DNA of 64,000 bases from Thalia democratica (taxonomy: Eukaryota), in NCBI GenBank assembly GCA_965202585.1, contig OZ241827.1, forward strand, positions 61,318,001 to 61,382,000, read 5' to 3'. A program made the translations under genes and the position numbers. This document shows positions 1 to 12,110 of the stretch, one piece after another. Every line of letters starts with the position of its first letter. The stretch's first letter is position 1. The notes under the pieces were generated by a model. It made no database searches and was not told where the DNA came from. It saw nothing but the letters and a program-made list of their open reading frames with translations.

Positions 1-2179
1 AGGCACCATTATGAAAATATTTTTGCATTTAATAACTTTAAATATTAATAAAGATTTAAATACAGTTTAAGAAATAATTTCAACTAAAATATTTCAGTTT
101 TAGTTTATATAAAGTATATGTTTAATTGAATTGTGATTTGTAGATATAGTTTTTTTTTTTTCAAAACATATCAACTACTAACATGCATTGATTAAGAACA
201 AAATTAATAATTTGCAGCCCTTGTCATTTTCTATAAATTACATAATGGCGTTACACCCCCCTATGGCCTTATCAGATTTGAATATGCTTACTTATTGAAT
301 TGTTAAGTAATTACAAACATTAAATGAGAAGTAGTATACATAAAAATGAACACCTTGAATACAGATCTTATTAGTTGTTATCTTTTCATAGGTTTGCCAT
401 ACAGTTAGGCTAGTTTGAATTATATTGAAACCTTTTAAATTATAGACTAATTTTTTATAATTAATAACTTTTCATACTAGTTTTTAATACTTTTTCTTTT
501 AACTTTGGTATGTTTAGATATTCAAGCTCAAGCTAAAACATGTTTTTTTTCTAAATTTTATTTTTGAATAAGGCTTACACAGAAAAATTTTTACACCCAG
601 TTTAAATAACTAAAAGAACCTGTAGAAATATTGTATGATTTGTTTGCAAATATTTGACAAGGTTTTTGTATACCTGAAAATTTTAAATTATAAATTATAC
701 CAAAATAACTGGAATAAAAAAGTCAAAAAATCTATTTTTAGGCTATTTTTAATCAATAATTGTAATTGAAATTTTGTACTAATTCCATTCAAACTTCAAT
801 AATCATGTACACTGTGAGATATATCTAAATTAACCAGAAACCACTGATAGATAAAAAACAGTTAGTCCACTTTATAATTCAATTACTTTTAAAACTAATT
901 CTAAATTTATTTTTTTGCTATGCACTTTGCTTTTGTTTTAAAATTAAATAACAAACATTTTAATAAATAACAAATAAGAAAGAAAAGAAAGTAAAATTGG
1001 GTGTTATAAGTTTTTATCTTTAAATAAGACAAAGTGATTACCTTCTTCTAGGTTTTTCTTTTTATACTTAAAACATGGAAAATAATTAAAAATATTTAAA
1101 CTTTTTAATGATAGTTAGAAATACTTACTGTCTAAAGAAATTTAGTGCAATGATTTAATGTTGAATCGATTATATTTAAAAATAAATTAGTGAATAAAGT
1201 AAATCTGATAAAGAGGGCTCTTTATGTAAATTTAGTTGGTAGAAGTAGTACAGGAAGTAGAAAATTTATAACTGAAAAATGTTTTCAATGTTTGGTTTAA
1301 AAAATTTTTTTACTAAAAGTAATAGAATTTAGGTTAGAAATAACACATGTATCAAACAATCTTTATTTGTATTGTTAATCATTATATTTAGTATATAACA
1401 CAATTAAGTAGTGCTACAGTGTAGTTTTCAATAATTTATACTCTTTATAAGATTGCCAGTTGACAAACACTTGGAATACCCAGGATATAACTAATAACAA
1501 TTTGAAATTTGTGAAAGTTTTAGGATAAGTCAGAATACTATGATTTTTTTTATATATAAAAAATTCAGGATAGTTTAACAATTTTTTTAATCTCAGTACA
1601 TATTTTTTCTAGATCTTGATAAGATTGAGTCAATATAATTTAAAATTTTGCTACTTTTTTTACCAAGCTTTGTTACAGAACTTAATTTTTTATGATTATA
1701 AAATTCTTTAATTTTTTATTTTTTACCCTTATGGGTAGCTCTTTACATTGTAGTATTTCTTTTTAACTAGTATTGACATTCATGATAACTTGAATTTGTG
1801 TAAAACAGAAAAAAATTAGATGTTATCACAATCTTCAAAAGTAAGTATTTATACTTAGTTAAGTAAACATCAAATGTAAAAGAATTTATATACAGCTTAT
1901 CTGTTTTAGTTTTTAAAAGAAAAGTAAACATGAAGTACAAAAAGTTTGCACAAGAAGCAAAAGCTTTTTTAAGGATGGTGAACATGCATTTTGGTAAAAG
2001 TTCTAAGGTAGTTTGTCACTTTTATAACAAATTAAAGCATAAGCACTTATATTTGCATAGAAACAACAACTTAGCAGTCTAAATAATTAAAAAGAACTGT
2101 TTAATTTTGTATATAGTTGGTACTTCATTAGCTGGTAAATATAAATTTTAAAGAACAATAAACATGTACTGCAGAAAGT

Positions 2180-2490
2180 GGTGTACTAACAATTCCTATG
2201 CACTATTCCCACCTGCTTATTTCCCACCCGATCAATTCCGCCCCAAACGATTCTCACCCGAGTCAGATCCCATCCGAACAGTTCACAACTGATTAATTTC
2301 AACCTAATAATTTCTCACTCGATTAATTCCCACCCAAGTTGTTCATCACTTTTGCAAGGATCTTTTTTTGCACGGTGTCATTTTCATACGGGTTTCATTT
2401 TTGCATCACTTTAGGAAAAGTATCTACTTTTGCATGACGTCACTTTTGAACCAGTCGTCACTTTTACAAAGATGTTATTTTTGCATAGTT
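2180..2490 (+). mobile_element. Foldback/MULE-like left arm (cccacccgatc module followed by ttttgcacg module)
   Basis: Starts ggtgtactaaca like the arm at 15439; degenerate tandem modules match those at 13727 and 17120. Confidence 0.6.
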
Positions 2491-2722
2491 TAAAACTTTA
2501 TCAATATAAAATATTTAAAGTAAATTAAACTAAGTTTCATTGAAATTTCATAAAACTTAAATTTATCAAATGAATCTAAAAATATATTTAAATTTCTATT
2601 AAACAAAAACTAAAGTTTATTTAGTAAAATATATATTGAATTAATAATATATTTTAGTTTCGTTTAAAGTAATAAAAATTAATGTTTTAAAATTTACAGA
2701 AAGCTATAAGTATTAGAAAACA

Positions 2723-4510
2723 ATGGTTAAAAACAACAGTGAAATTAATAAGTTTATAACAAAGTTTCCACAGCACAAGGATTGCTTTCAACATATTTTT
2801 AAATTAGAAGAAGTATGTAAGAATGAAAAAATAAACGATGCTAAAAAACGTTTTGACGAAACAACGGAAACTCTAAATGAAAAAGCGATAAAGTTTTTTG
2901 AGTACAGGTCTACAAATTTTCAAACGTTGAACTCAGAAGAGTTTAAACTAAAACTTGAACTCTTGTCCAAAAACGACAAGGATTATGACGTAATTTCAAA
3001 GTCTCTTGATCCAAAAAAAACTAAAGATTCCACTGAAGAACAAGAACTTTCGATCCAGTTAGACACAAACAAAGCCTCTAAAGTCTTAATGATATACAGG
3101 GTCTTACCAAACAAAGACACGTTAACTGAAGCAAAAACATCAGACTGCTCAAATTTACTCTTGCTGCACGGCACTCAAAGGAAAAACATAGAAGGGATAC
3201 TAAAGGATGGTTTTAAGCCTTCTACTGGTGGGTTCAGAGGTCCTGGAGTCTATCACACCAGTTTGTTTGGTTACGCGTCTGTTTTTGGCAAGTTTCACGG
3301 ACAAAACGATGGCACGGCTAAAGCGTACACTTACTTGTTTGTCAACAAAGTGCGTCTGCAAAACGTCAAAGAAGGAAAGATGAAAGAAAGAGGAATTTTC
3401 GATCAGTATCTGAAGAGCGAACCTTTTGTGGAACTGTATAGGTATTCGTTTGAAAAGTACGAAAAACTGATAAATGAAGATTCAGGTGAAAATACGCACG
3501 ACAGTGAGAATAGCATAATTCCGGAAGGCACTTACCAGGTTGATGGTCTCAGGTTGAATGAAGTCGTTGCTCATCATGAATTGGTGACTCCTGCATATTT
3601 GATTGAAATTGAAGAAAACCAGAGCGTTGATATTTTCGTTGAAGACCTGCTTTTTGGAATTAGAGATGGCCTACGTTTGAAACGTTATATTGACGATGAA
3701 GTAGCTGCAAAAAAAAGATTGAAGTTGAAACAGTTTCGTAAAAGCAGTTCTTTAGTAGATGATTATGCAAATACAGGAGAAACTCGCACAGTAGAGTGTA
3801 TCATTAAAGCTGCACGTAGAAAACTAGAAGAAAATTATAAAGCAGAAGTACACTACATAGAAACGAAATTTGATTTAGAAATTAGCTCAGTAATGAAACA
3901 AATTCAATTTGACTTTATAAACTTTATAGGCAAAATTTCTAGCCAGGAAAATATGAAATACGAGTTAGAGTCACTGAAAACTGAAAACGAAGACTATCAG
4001 TTCATTCTGCAGTCATTAACAAGCGAAAAGTTCAGCAGCAACCCAAAGTTCCTTCACATGCTCAAAATTCACAGCATTGATAAAAGCGGAGAAAGCAAAC
4101 TGAAAGGCCGAAAGCTTTTATTGCACGGAGTTAAATCAAACCAAGCTTTCGACATTATCAGATCAGGTTATCCTGATACAATTCAGAAATGTGAGTGTTA
4201 CAGAAGGGAATTTATAAAGTTCGAATGTCACTGCTTCGCCACTTCGACGATCAGTAACGAAATTTCCAATGGCCTCAGCTACTGCAAAACGGAAGATGGC
4301 GCCGTTGAGAAGCTGTCGTTTGTTGTAGTTGGCGCCAAGAACATCGAATGTGATTTCGTAGCAGATGAAGAGATTAGAAAGCTGGACACTGACAGCAGAG
4401 GATGTTCTGTTCCTGGAGGATCTTTTATTGGCAGAAGCTGCGCTTGGGTCGAGTCTGTAGACCAGATGATTCCGGCTTATTTACTCATATTTAAACAAGA
4501 TGACTTTTAA
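2723..4510 (+). CDS. PARP-like ADP-ribosyltransferase with two tandem ART domains (595 aa, single-exon CDS), copy 1
   Basis: Domain 1: LLLHGT..NIEGILKDGF..G..GPGVYH..LNEVV..VTPAYLI (H-Y-E motifs). Domain 2: LLLHGV..IIRSGY..GLSYC..QMIPAYLL. AATAAA at 4560. Confidence 0.88.
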   Translation: MVKNNSEINKFITKFPQHKDCFQHIFKLEEVCKNEKINDAKKRFDETTETLNEKAIKFFEYRSTNFQTLNSEEFKLKLELLSKNDKDYDVISKSLDPKKTKDSTEEQELSIQLDTNKASKVLMIYRVLPNKDTLTEAKTSDCSNLLLLHGTQRKNIEGILKDGFKPSTGGFRGPGVYHTSLFGYASVFGKFHGQNDGTAKAYTYLFVNKVRLQNVKEGKMKERGIFDQYLKSEPFVELYRYSFEKYEKLINEDSGENTHDSENSIIPEGTYQVDGLRLNEVVAHHELVTPAYLIEIEENQSVDIFVEDLLFGIRDGLRLKRYIDDEVAAKKRLKLKQFRKSSSLVDDYANTGETRTVECIIKAARRKLEENYKAEVHYIETKFDLEISSVMKQIQFDFINFIGKISSQENMKYELESLKTENEDYQFILQSLTSEKFSSNPKFLHMLKIHSIDKSGESKLKGRKLLLHGVKSNQAFDIIRSGYPDTIQKCECYRREFIKFECHCFATSTISNEISNGLSYCKTEDGAVEKLSFVVVGAKNIECDFVADEEIRKLDTDSRGCSVPGGSFIGRSCAWVESVDQMIPAYLLIFKQDDF

Positions 4511-4559
4511 GCTTTTACTTTTCGTGATACTTATTTAGTGAACAGCTTTTTAGGATTTG

Positions 4560-4565
4560 AATAAA
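4560..4565 (+). terminator. Polyadenylation signal of ART copy 1
   Basis: AATAAA 50 nt after the stop; conserved in copy 2. Confidence 0.6.
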
Positions 4566-5259
4566 GTTAATAATAAATGTCTAATGCTTAATGTTACTTG
4601 ATTTAGCGTACAACTTAATTAAACTTTTTAAAATTGTTAAGTTGATAAAACTTTAATTAAAAATATATATTAAATAATTGAGCTTTTGTTCACCTAAGTT
4701 TGCATTTAAGGAAAATATGCGTTTTTCTTGAAATTATTACGCTTTTATCATGGCTTTAAGCTCAATATTTTAATTTGCCTCTGTTAAATAAAATGCTCAT
4801 TGATCCTAAGTCTTTTTAACCTGTTAAAATATTTTAAAAGTAAGTATAATGTATATATTAGCTTTGGACTAGAGTAATTTTATTTTTGAATTTTTTAAAA
4901 CAAAAAAATGTAGCATTTTTTTTAGTTTTTTAATAAACTTAAAACATTTTAACACTTTTCACATTTAATTGATAATTTATTTGTATATAGCTAAAGAAAA
5001 AGTTTTTTTTTTTGTTGAGACTTAAGATTATTTTATTGAATTCTCGAAAAATAATTTACTTTCATTTGATATTCTAAAAATATCATTATGCTTTTGTTTA
5101 ATGATTAAGCTTATATGTTTAAATTAAAAATGATAATTTTATAAAGATTATTTGTGCTATTTAATTTATGAAACCCTAGCTGAAAATAGTACAAGGTGTT
5201 CAGCTATTTCCACTAATGCGATCAATATTTTGTAAAAAAAACAAAAAGAAGTCGAGTTT

Positions 5260-6480
5260 TTGGATCAACATCCAACAACCCGAATTCTAACGATACACGA
5301 TTTTACGATCTGTGAAGCTTGTTTTGCATTATAAAACTGGGTCTTGTTTCTTTACAACCTTTCAATTAGTAGTCTGTTGAGTAACTACAAGTATTTCTGT
5401 TCAACATTCGTCATCTCGATTACTCACGGTTTACGATTTGTCGAGCTGTAAATTTTTTTTTCACACCATGAACGCATGATTTTTCCACAACCATTCAATC
5501 AGTAGTCTGTGGAAAAACTACTCTAATTTAGTTGAAGGACTAGTATCCGTCACTCCAATTATTCACGGTACACGATTTTTCGAACTGTTTAGCTAATTTC
5601 TTAACGATTAAAGCTTTATATGCTTTTATATATGCCAACAAGTAAATCAGAAGTCTCTGGAGAAACTACAATTAGTAAAGTTGATTTATCATCGACCGTC
5701 AACCTGATTTCTCACAGTACATGATTTTAAAGTTGTGAAGCTGGCTTATATATTATAAAGTTTAAAGATGGTCTTCTATAACTACTCAATCTGAAGTTTT
5801 TGGAGAAGCTACACCACTCAAGTTGATGGATCAACACCTGTTACTGCAATTACTCACTCACGGTACATGAGTTATCAAGTTGTGAAGCTGGTTTTTTATA
5901 AGATAAAGTTTAAAGATGGTTTATCCATAACCACTCAACCAGAAGTCTGTTGAGAAACTACACTTATTAAAGTTAAAAGTTCAACACCTGTCACCCTGAC
6001 TACTCATTCACGGTACAAGTTTTGTAGAGCTGTGTAGCTGTAAGGCTAAATAATTTTTCTACAACCTTCTAAAAAGAGTTTTGTTGAGAAACTTCACCTG
6101 GTCAAGTTAACAGATCAACATCCGTCATCCCGATTACTCACGATAACAGTTTCTTAGTTGTGAGGATGTTTTTGCACAATAAACGCTAAATATGGTTCCT
6201 CTGTAAAATCTAAATCAGAAGTCTATAGAGAAACTACACATTGTCAAATTGACGAACCAACATCCGTTATCCCGATCACTTTAGTACACGATCTATCGGT
6301 CTGTGTAGCTGGTTTCTTATCATGAACACTACACAAGGCTTAGCTATAACAGTACATTGGAAGTCTATAGAAACGCGACTCCTGATCAACCTGATGGATC
6401 ATCACCCGTCACCCCGATTACTCAAGAACTAAAATTAATTGATTTGTTGAAGCTGGTTTTGTACTATGAACGATAAACTT
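5260..6480 (+). repeat. Degenerate ~144-bp tandem satellite (about 9 units), sushi/CCP-exon related
   Basis: Recurring agtctgtggagaaactacacctggtcaagttgatggatcaacacccgtcaccccgattactcacggtacacga..tgtgaagctgg at spacings of about 134-150 bp. Confidence 0.9.
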
Positions 6481-6704
6481 GGATTGTTTACAAACTCTTA
6501 ATTTGAATTACAAGCTTTTAATAAGAAATAGCACTCCGTGTAAATTAAGTGTAAAATTTATAAGTTGGAATTAAAATATATATGTAAATTAATTATATCA
6601 GATTATATAGTGATAGGATGGATGTCGATTTTATTGGGAATAGTTACGTTTTCAGCTGTGCTAAACTTACGACTATTGTTAATTAACGATTTATTAAAAA
6701 GTGA

Positions 6705-6935
6705 ATACTGGTGCACAGGTGATGTTTTGTGCGAAAGTAAAACTTTCGTGAAAATGACGTTAGGCTTTGCAAAAGTGACGTTTAATTTGTGTTGCATTTA
6801 ATCGGGTGAGAATGTATTCAGGTTGAGAATAACTAAAACGGTTATAGATTCGAATGGGAATAGATCGATTGGGATTTGATTTTGGTTGCAATTAATCGAC
6901 TGTGAATGTGCGCGGGTTGAAACAGAAAATATACC
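6705..6935 (-). mobile_element. Foldback/MULE-like right arm (inverted modules)
   Basis: gtgcgaaag/tgcaaaagtgac units, then gggtgagaat/tgggaatag units; the end gtgcgcgggttgaaacagaaaatatacc aligns with 17477-17502. Confidence 0.55.
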
Positions 6936-9724
6936 AGGGCCGGTTTTGACTAATTATCTGTTTTCTGTGTACTCCTTGAAAAAAAAGAAGAAAAAAGAGG
7001 ATCTTAGATTAGATGGACTAAAAACGTTGTTTATTGACTTGATTTTGATTATTTATTAAACTTTGAATAATGAATGTTGAATTTATTACATTGAAAGATT
7101 AGAAAAAGTCAACATTTAATTTTTCTCTTTTTTGACCAGCTGTAATAGATTTAGAATTGAATTTTAATTATTATAAAATTAACACGCAGAAAAGTGATCA
7201 TTATAAAAAATGGGTTGTTGTGATACTTTAAGATAAACCCAGTTTGAATTAAAATATTTTTTTTAAAGCTTAAAATATAACTACAATGTATGTAAAGTTG
7301 AAACTTGATATAAATATGATTATTACGATTTAGTAATTGCTATCAATACATAGCAATTACTAATGTTTATTTATTAAGAACAAAAATAATTATTTTCTGC
7401 CCTGGTCATCTTCTAGAATCTGGAAACTACATAATGGCTTTTTAATTAAAAACAAAAATTTAGCTTCACTTGACTAAGGAAAGGAATATATCCAGTAACA
7501 GTTGTTTCATTTAGTATTTATATGATTTTTATTGAGCAGTCAAAATGCAGAGGCACCATTATGAAAATATTTTTGCATTTAATAACTTTAAATATTAATA
7601 AAGATTTAAATACAGTTTAAGAAATAATTTCAACTAATTTCAGTTTTAGTTTATATAAAGTATATGTTTAATTGAATTGTGATTTGTAGATATAGTTTTT
7701 TTTTTTTCAAAACATATCAACTACTAACATGCATTGATTAAGAACAAAATTAATAATTTGCAGCCCTTGTCATTTTCTATAAATTACATAATGGCGTTAC
7801 ACCCCCCTATGGCCTTATCAGATTTGAATATGCTTACTTATTGAATTGTTAAGTAATTACAAACATTAAATGAGAAGTAGTATACATAAAAATGAACACC
7901 TTGAATACAGATCTTATTAGTTGTTATCTTTTCATAGGTTTGCCATACAATTAGGCTAGTTTGAATTATATTGAAACCTTTTAAATTATAGACTAGTTTT
8001 TTATAATTAATAACTTTTCATACTAGTTTGTAATACTTTTTCTTATAACTTTGGTATGTTTAGATATTCAAGCTCAAGCTAAAACATGTTTTTTTTCTAA
8101 ATTTTATTTTTGAATAAGGCTTACACAGAAAAATTTTTACACCCAGTTTAAATAACTAAAAGAACCTGTAGAAATATTGTATGATTTGTTTGCAAATATT
8201 TGACAAGGTTTCTGTATACCTGAAAATTTTAAATTATAAATTATACCAAAATAACTGGAATAAAAAAGTCAAAAAATCTATTTTTAGGCTATTTTTAATC
8301 AATAATTGTAATTGAAATTTTGTACTAATTCCATTCAAACTTCAATAATCATGTACACTGTGAGATATATCTAAATTAACCAGGAACCACTGATAGATAA
8401 AAAACAGTTAGTCCACTTTATAATTCAATTACTTTTAAAACTAATTCTAAATTTATTTTTTTGCTATGCACTTTGCTTTTGTTTTAAAATTAAATAACAA
8501 ACATTTTAATAAATAACAAATAAGAAAGAAAAGAAAGTAAAATTGGGTGTTATAAGTTTTTATCTTTAAATAAGACAAAGTGATTACCTTCTTCTAGGTT
8601 TTTCTTTTTATACTTAAAACATGGAAAATAATTAAAAATATTTAAACTTTTTAATGATAGTTAGAAATACTTACTGTCTAAAGAAATTTAGTGCAATGAT
8701 TTAATGTTGAATCGATTATATTTAAAAATAAATTAGTGAATAAAGTAAATCTGATAAAGAGGGCTCTTTATGTAAATTTAGTTGGTAGAAGTAGTACAGG
8801 AAGTAGAAAATTTATAACTGAAAAATGTTTTCAATGTTTGGTTTAAAAAATTTTTTTACTAAAAGTAATAGAATTTAGGTTAGAAATAACACATGTATCA
8901 AACAATCTTTATTTGTATTGTTAATCATTATATTTAGTATATAACACAATTAAGTAGTGCTACAGTGTAGTTTTCAATAATTTATACTCTTTATAAGATT
9001 GCCAGTTGACAAACACTTGGAATACCCAGGATATAACTAATAACACTTTGAAATTTGTGAAAGTTTTAGGATAAGTCAGAATACTATGATTTTTTTTATA
9101 TATAAAAAATTCAGGATAGTTTAACAATTTTTTTAATCTCAGTACATATTTTTTCTAGATCTTGATAAGATTGAGTCAATATAATTTAAAATTTTGCTAC
9201 TTTTTTACCAAGCTTTGTTACAGAACTTAATTTTTTATGATTATAAAATTCTTTAATTTTTTATTTTTTACCCTTATGGGTAGCTCTTTACATTGTAGTA
9301 TTTCTTTTTAACTAGTATTGACATTCATGATAACTTGAATTTTTGTAAAACAGAAAAAAATTAGATGTTATCACAATCTTCAAAAGTAAGTATTTATACT
9401 TAGTTAAGTAAACATCAAATGTAAAAGAATTTATATACAGCTTATCTGTTTTAGTTTTTAAAAGAAAAGTAAACATGAAGTACAAAAAGTTTGCACAAGA
9501 AGCAAAAGCTTTTTTAAGGATGGTGAACATGCATTTTGGTAAAAGTTCTAAGGTAGTTTGTCACTTTTATAACAAATTAAAGCATAAGCACTTATATTTG
9601 CATAGAAACAACAACTTAGCAGTCTAAACCATTAAAAAGAACTGTTTAATTTTGTATATAGTTGGTACTTCATTAGCTGGTAAATATAAATTTTAAAGAA
9701 CAATAAACATGTACTGCAGAAAGT

Positions 9725-10035
9725 GGTGTACTAACAATTCCTATGCACTATTCCCACCTGCTTATTTCCCACCCGATCAATTCCGCCCCAAACGATTCTC
9801 ACCCGAGTCAGATCCCATCCGAACAGTTCACAACTGATTAATTTCAACCTAATAATTTCTCACTCGATTAATTCCCACCCAAGTTGTTCATCACTTTTGC
9901 AAGGATCTTTTTTTGCACGGTGTCATTTTCATACGGGTTTCATTTTTGCATCACTTTAGGAAAAGTATCTACTTTTGCATGACGTCACTTTTGAACCAGT
10001 CGTCACTTTTACAAAGATGTTATTTTTGAATAGTT
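9725..10035 (+). mobile_element. Foldback/MULE-like left arm, duplicate copy
   Basis: Duplicate of 2180-2490. Confidence 0.6.
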
Positions 10036-10267
10036 TAAAACTTTATCAATATAAAATATTTAAAGTAAATTAAACTAAGTTTCATTGAAATTTCATAAAA
10101 CTTAAATTTATCAAATGAATCTAAAAATATATTTAAATTTCTATTAAACAAAAACTTAAGTTTATTTAGTAAAATATATATTGAATTAATAATATATTTT
10201 AGTTTCGTTTAAAGTAATAAAAATTAATGTTTTAAAATTTACAGAAAGCTATAAGTATTAGAAAACA

Positions 10268-12055
10268 ATGGTTAAAAACAACAGTGAAATTAATAAGTTT
10301 ATAAAAAAGTTTCCACAGCACAAGGATTGCTTTCAACATATTTTTAAATTAGAAGAAGTATGTAAGAATGAAAAAATAAACGATGCTAAAAAACGTTTTG
10401 ACGAAACAACGGAAACTCTAAATGAAAAAGCGATAAAGTTTTTTGAGTACAGGTCTACAAATTTTCAAACGTTGAACTCAGAAGAGTTTAAACTAAAACT
10501 TGAACTCTTGTCCAAAAACGACAAGGATTATGACGTAATTTCAAAGTCTCTTGATCCAAAAAAAACTAAAGATTCCACTGAAGAACAAGAACTTTCGATC
10601 CAGTTAGACACAAACAAAGCCTCTAAAGTCTTAATGATATACAGGGTCTTACCAAACAAAGACACGTTAACTGAAGCAAAAACATCAGACTGCTCAAATT
10701 TACTCTTGCTGCACGGCACTCAAAGGAAAAACATAGAAGGGATACTAAAGGATGGTTTTAAGCCTTCTACTGGTGGGTTCAGAGGTCCTGGAGTCTATCA
10801 CACCAGTTTGTTTGGTTACGCGTCTGTTTTTGGCAAGTTTCACGGACAAAACGATGGCACGGCTAAAGCGTACACTTACTTGTTTGTCAACAAAGTGCGT
10901 CTGCAAAACGTCAAAGAAGGAAAGATGAAAGAAAGAGGAATTTTCGATCAGTATCTGAAGAGCGAACCTTTTGTGGAACTGTATAGGTATTCGTTTGAAA
11001 AGTACGAAAAACTGATAAATGAAGATTCAGGTGAAAATACGCACGACAGTGAGAATAGCATAATTCCGGAAGGCACTTACCAGGTTGATGGTCTCAGGTT
11101 GAATGAAGTCGTTGCTCATCATGAATTGGTGACTCCTGCATATTTGATTGAAATTGAAGAAAACCAGAGCGTTGATATTTTCGTTGAAGACCTGCTTTTT
11201 GGAATTAGAGATGGCCTACGTTTGAAACGTTATATTGACGATGAAGTAGCTGCAAAAAAAAGATTGAAGTTGAAACAGTTTCGTAAAAGCAGTTCTTTAG
11301 TAGACGATTATGCAAATACAGGAGAAACTCGCACAGTAGAGTGTATCATTAAAGCTGCACGTAGAAAACTAGAAGAAAATTATAAAGCAGAAGTACACTA
11401 CATAGAAACGAAATTTGATTTAGAAATTAGCTCAGTAATGAAACAAATTCAATTCGACTTGACAAACTTTATAGGCAAAATTCCTAGCCAGGAAAGTATG
11501 AAATATGAGTTAGAGTCACTGAAAACTGAAAACGAAGACTATCAGTTCATTCTGCAGTCATTAACAAGCGAAAAGTTCAGCAGCAACCCAAAGTTCCTTC
11601 ACATGCTTAAAATTCACAGCATTGATAAAAGCGCAGAAAGCAAACTGAAAGGCCGAAAGCTTTTATTGCACGGAGTTAAATCAAACCAAGCTTTCGACAT
11701 TATCAGATCAGGTTATCCTGATACAATTCAGAAATGTGAGTGTTACAGAAGGGAATTTATAAAGTTCGAATGTCACTGCTTCGCCACTTCGACGATCAGT
11801 AACGAAATTTCCAATGGCCTCAGCTACTGCAAAACGGAAGATGGCGCCGTTGAGAAGCTGTCGTTTGTTGTAGTTGGCGCCAAGAACATCGAATGTAATT
11901 TCGTAGCAGATGAAGAGATTAGAAAGCTGGACACTGACAGCAGAGGATGTTCTGTTCCTGGAGGATCTTTTATTGGCAGAAGCTGCGCTTGGGTTGAGTC
12001 TGTAGACCAGATGATTCCGGCTTATTTACTCATATTTAAACAAGATGACTTTTAA
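10268..12055 (+). CDS. PARP-like tandem-ART protein, copy 2 (595 aa)
   Basis: Intact ORF with 7 aa differences from copy 1; AATAAA at 12105. Confidence 0.88.
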   Translation: MVKNNSEINKFIKKFPQHKDCFQHIFKLEEVCKNEKINDAKKRFDETTETLNEKAIKFFEYRSTNFQTLNSEEFKLKLELLSKNDKDYDVISKSLDPKKTKDSTEEQELSIQLDTNKASKVLMIYRVLPNKDTLTEAKTSDCSNLLLLHGTQRKNIEGILKDGFKPSTGGFRGPGVYHTSLFGYASVFGKFHGQNDGTAKAYTYLFVNKVRLQNVKEGKMKERGIFDQYLKSEPFVELYRYSFEKYEKLINEDSGENTHDSENSIIPEGTYQVDGLRLNEVVAHHELVTPAYLIEIEENQSVDIFVEDLLFGIRDGLRLKRYIDDEVAAKKRLKLKQFRKSSSLVDDYANTGETRTVECIIKAARRKLEENYKAEVHYIETKFDLEISSVMKQIQFDLTNFIGKIPSQESMKYELESLKTENEDYQFILQSLTSEKFSSNPKFLHMLKIHSIDKSAESKLKGRKLLLHGVKSNQAFDIIRSGYPDTIQKCECYRREFIKFECHCFATSTISNEISNGLSYCKTEDGAVEKLSFVVVGAKNIECNFVADEEIRKLDTDSRGCSVPGGSFIGRSCAWVESVDQMIPAYLLIFKQDDF

Positions 12056-12104
12056 GCTTTTACTTTTAGTGATACATACTTAGTGAACAGCTTTTTAGGA
12101 TTTG

Positions 12105-12110
12105 AATAAA
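12105..12110 (+). terminator. Polyadenylation signal of ART copy 2
   Basis: AATAAA about 50 nt after the stop. Confidence 0.6.

Larger units (their letters stand above)
1..5219 (+). repeat. Segmental duplication copy 1 (ART locus); pairs with 7551-12776
   Basis: Position 1 (aggcaccattatgaaaat) recurs at 7551; homology runs to ...ctatttccactaatgc at 5219/12776. Left end may extend beyond the window. Confidence 0.97.

Noticed and set aside
1767-1985. 72-aa ORF duplicated at 9312-9530
   Set aside because: AT-rich F/K/L/Y-biased composition; conserved only because of the recent duplication.
5178-5205. agctgaa..ttcagct inverted repeat near the ART duplication breakpoint
   Set aside because: Only 7-bp arms, expected by chance in AT-rich DNA.
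5260-6480. CRISPR-like reading of the 144-bp repeats
   Set aside because: Whole units are homologous, with no unique spacers or cas genes, and the context is eukaryotic.
5260-6480. Selenoprotein or readthrough repeat protein (single TGA per unit in one frame)
   Set aside because: Individual units carry many additional stops and indels, and the CCP-like Cys lies in another frame; no SECIS evidence.
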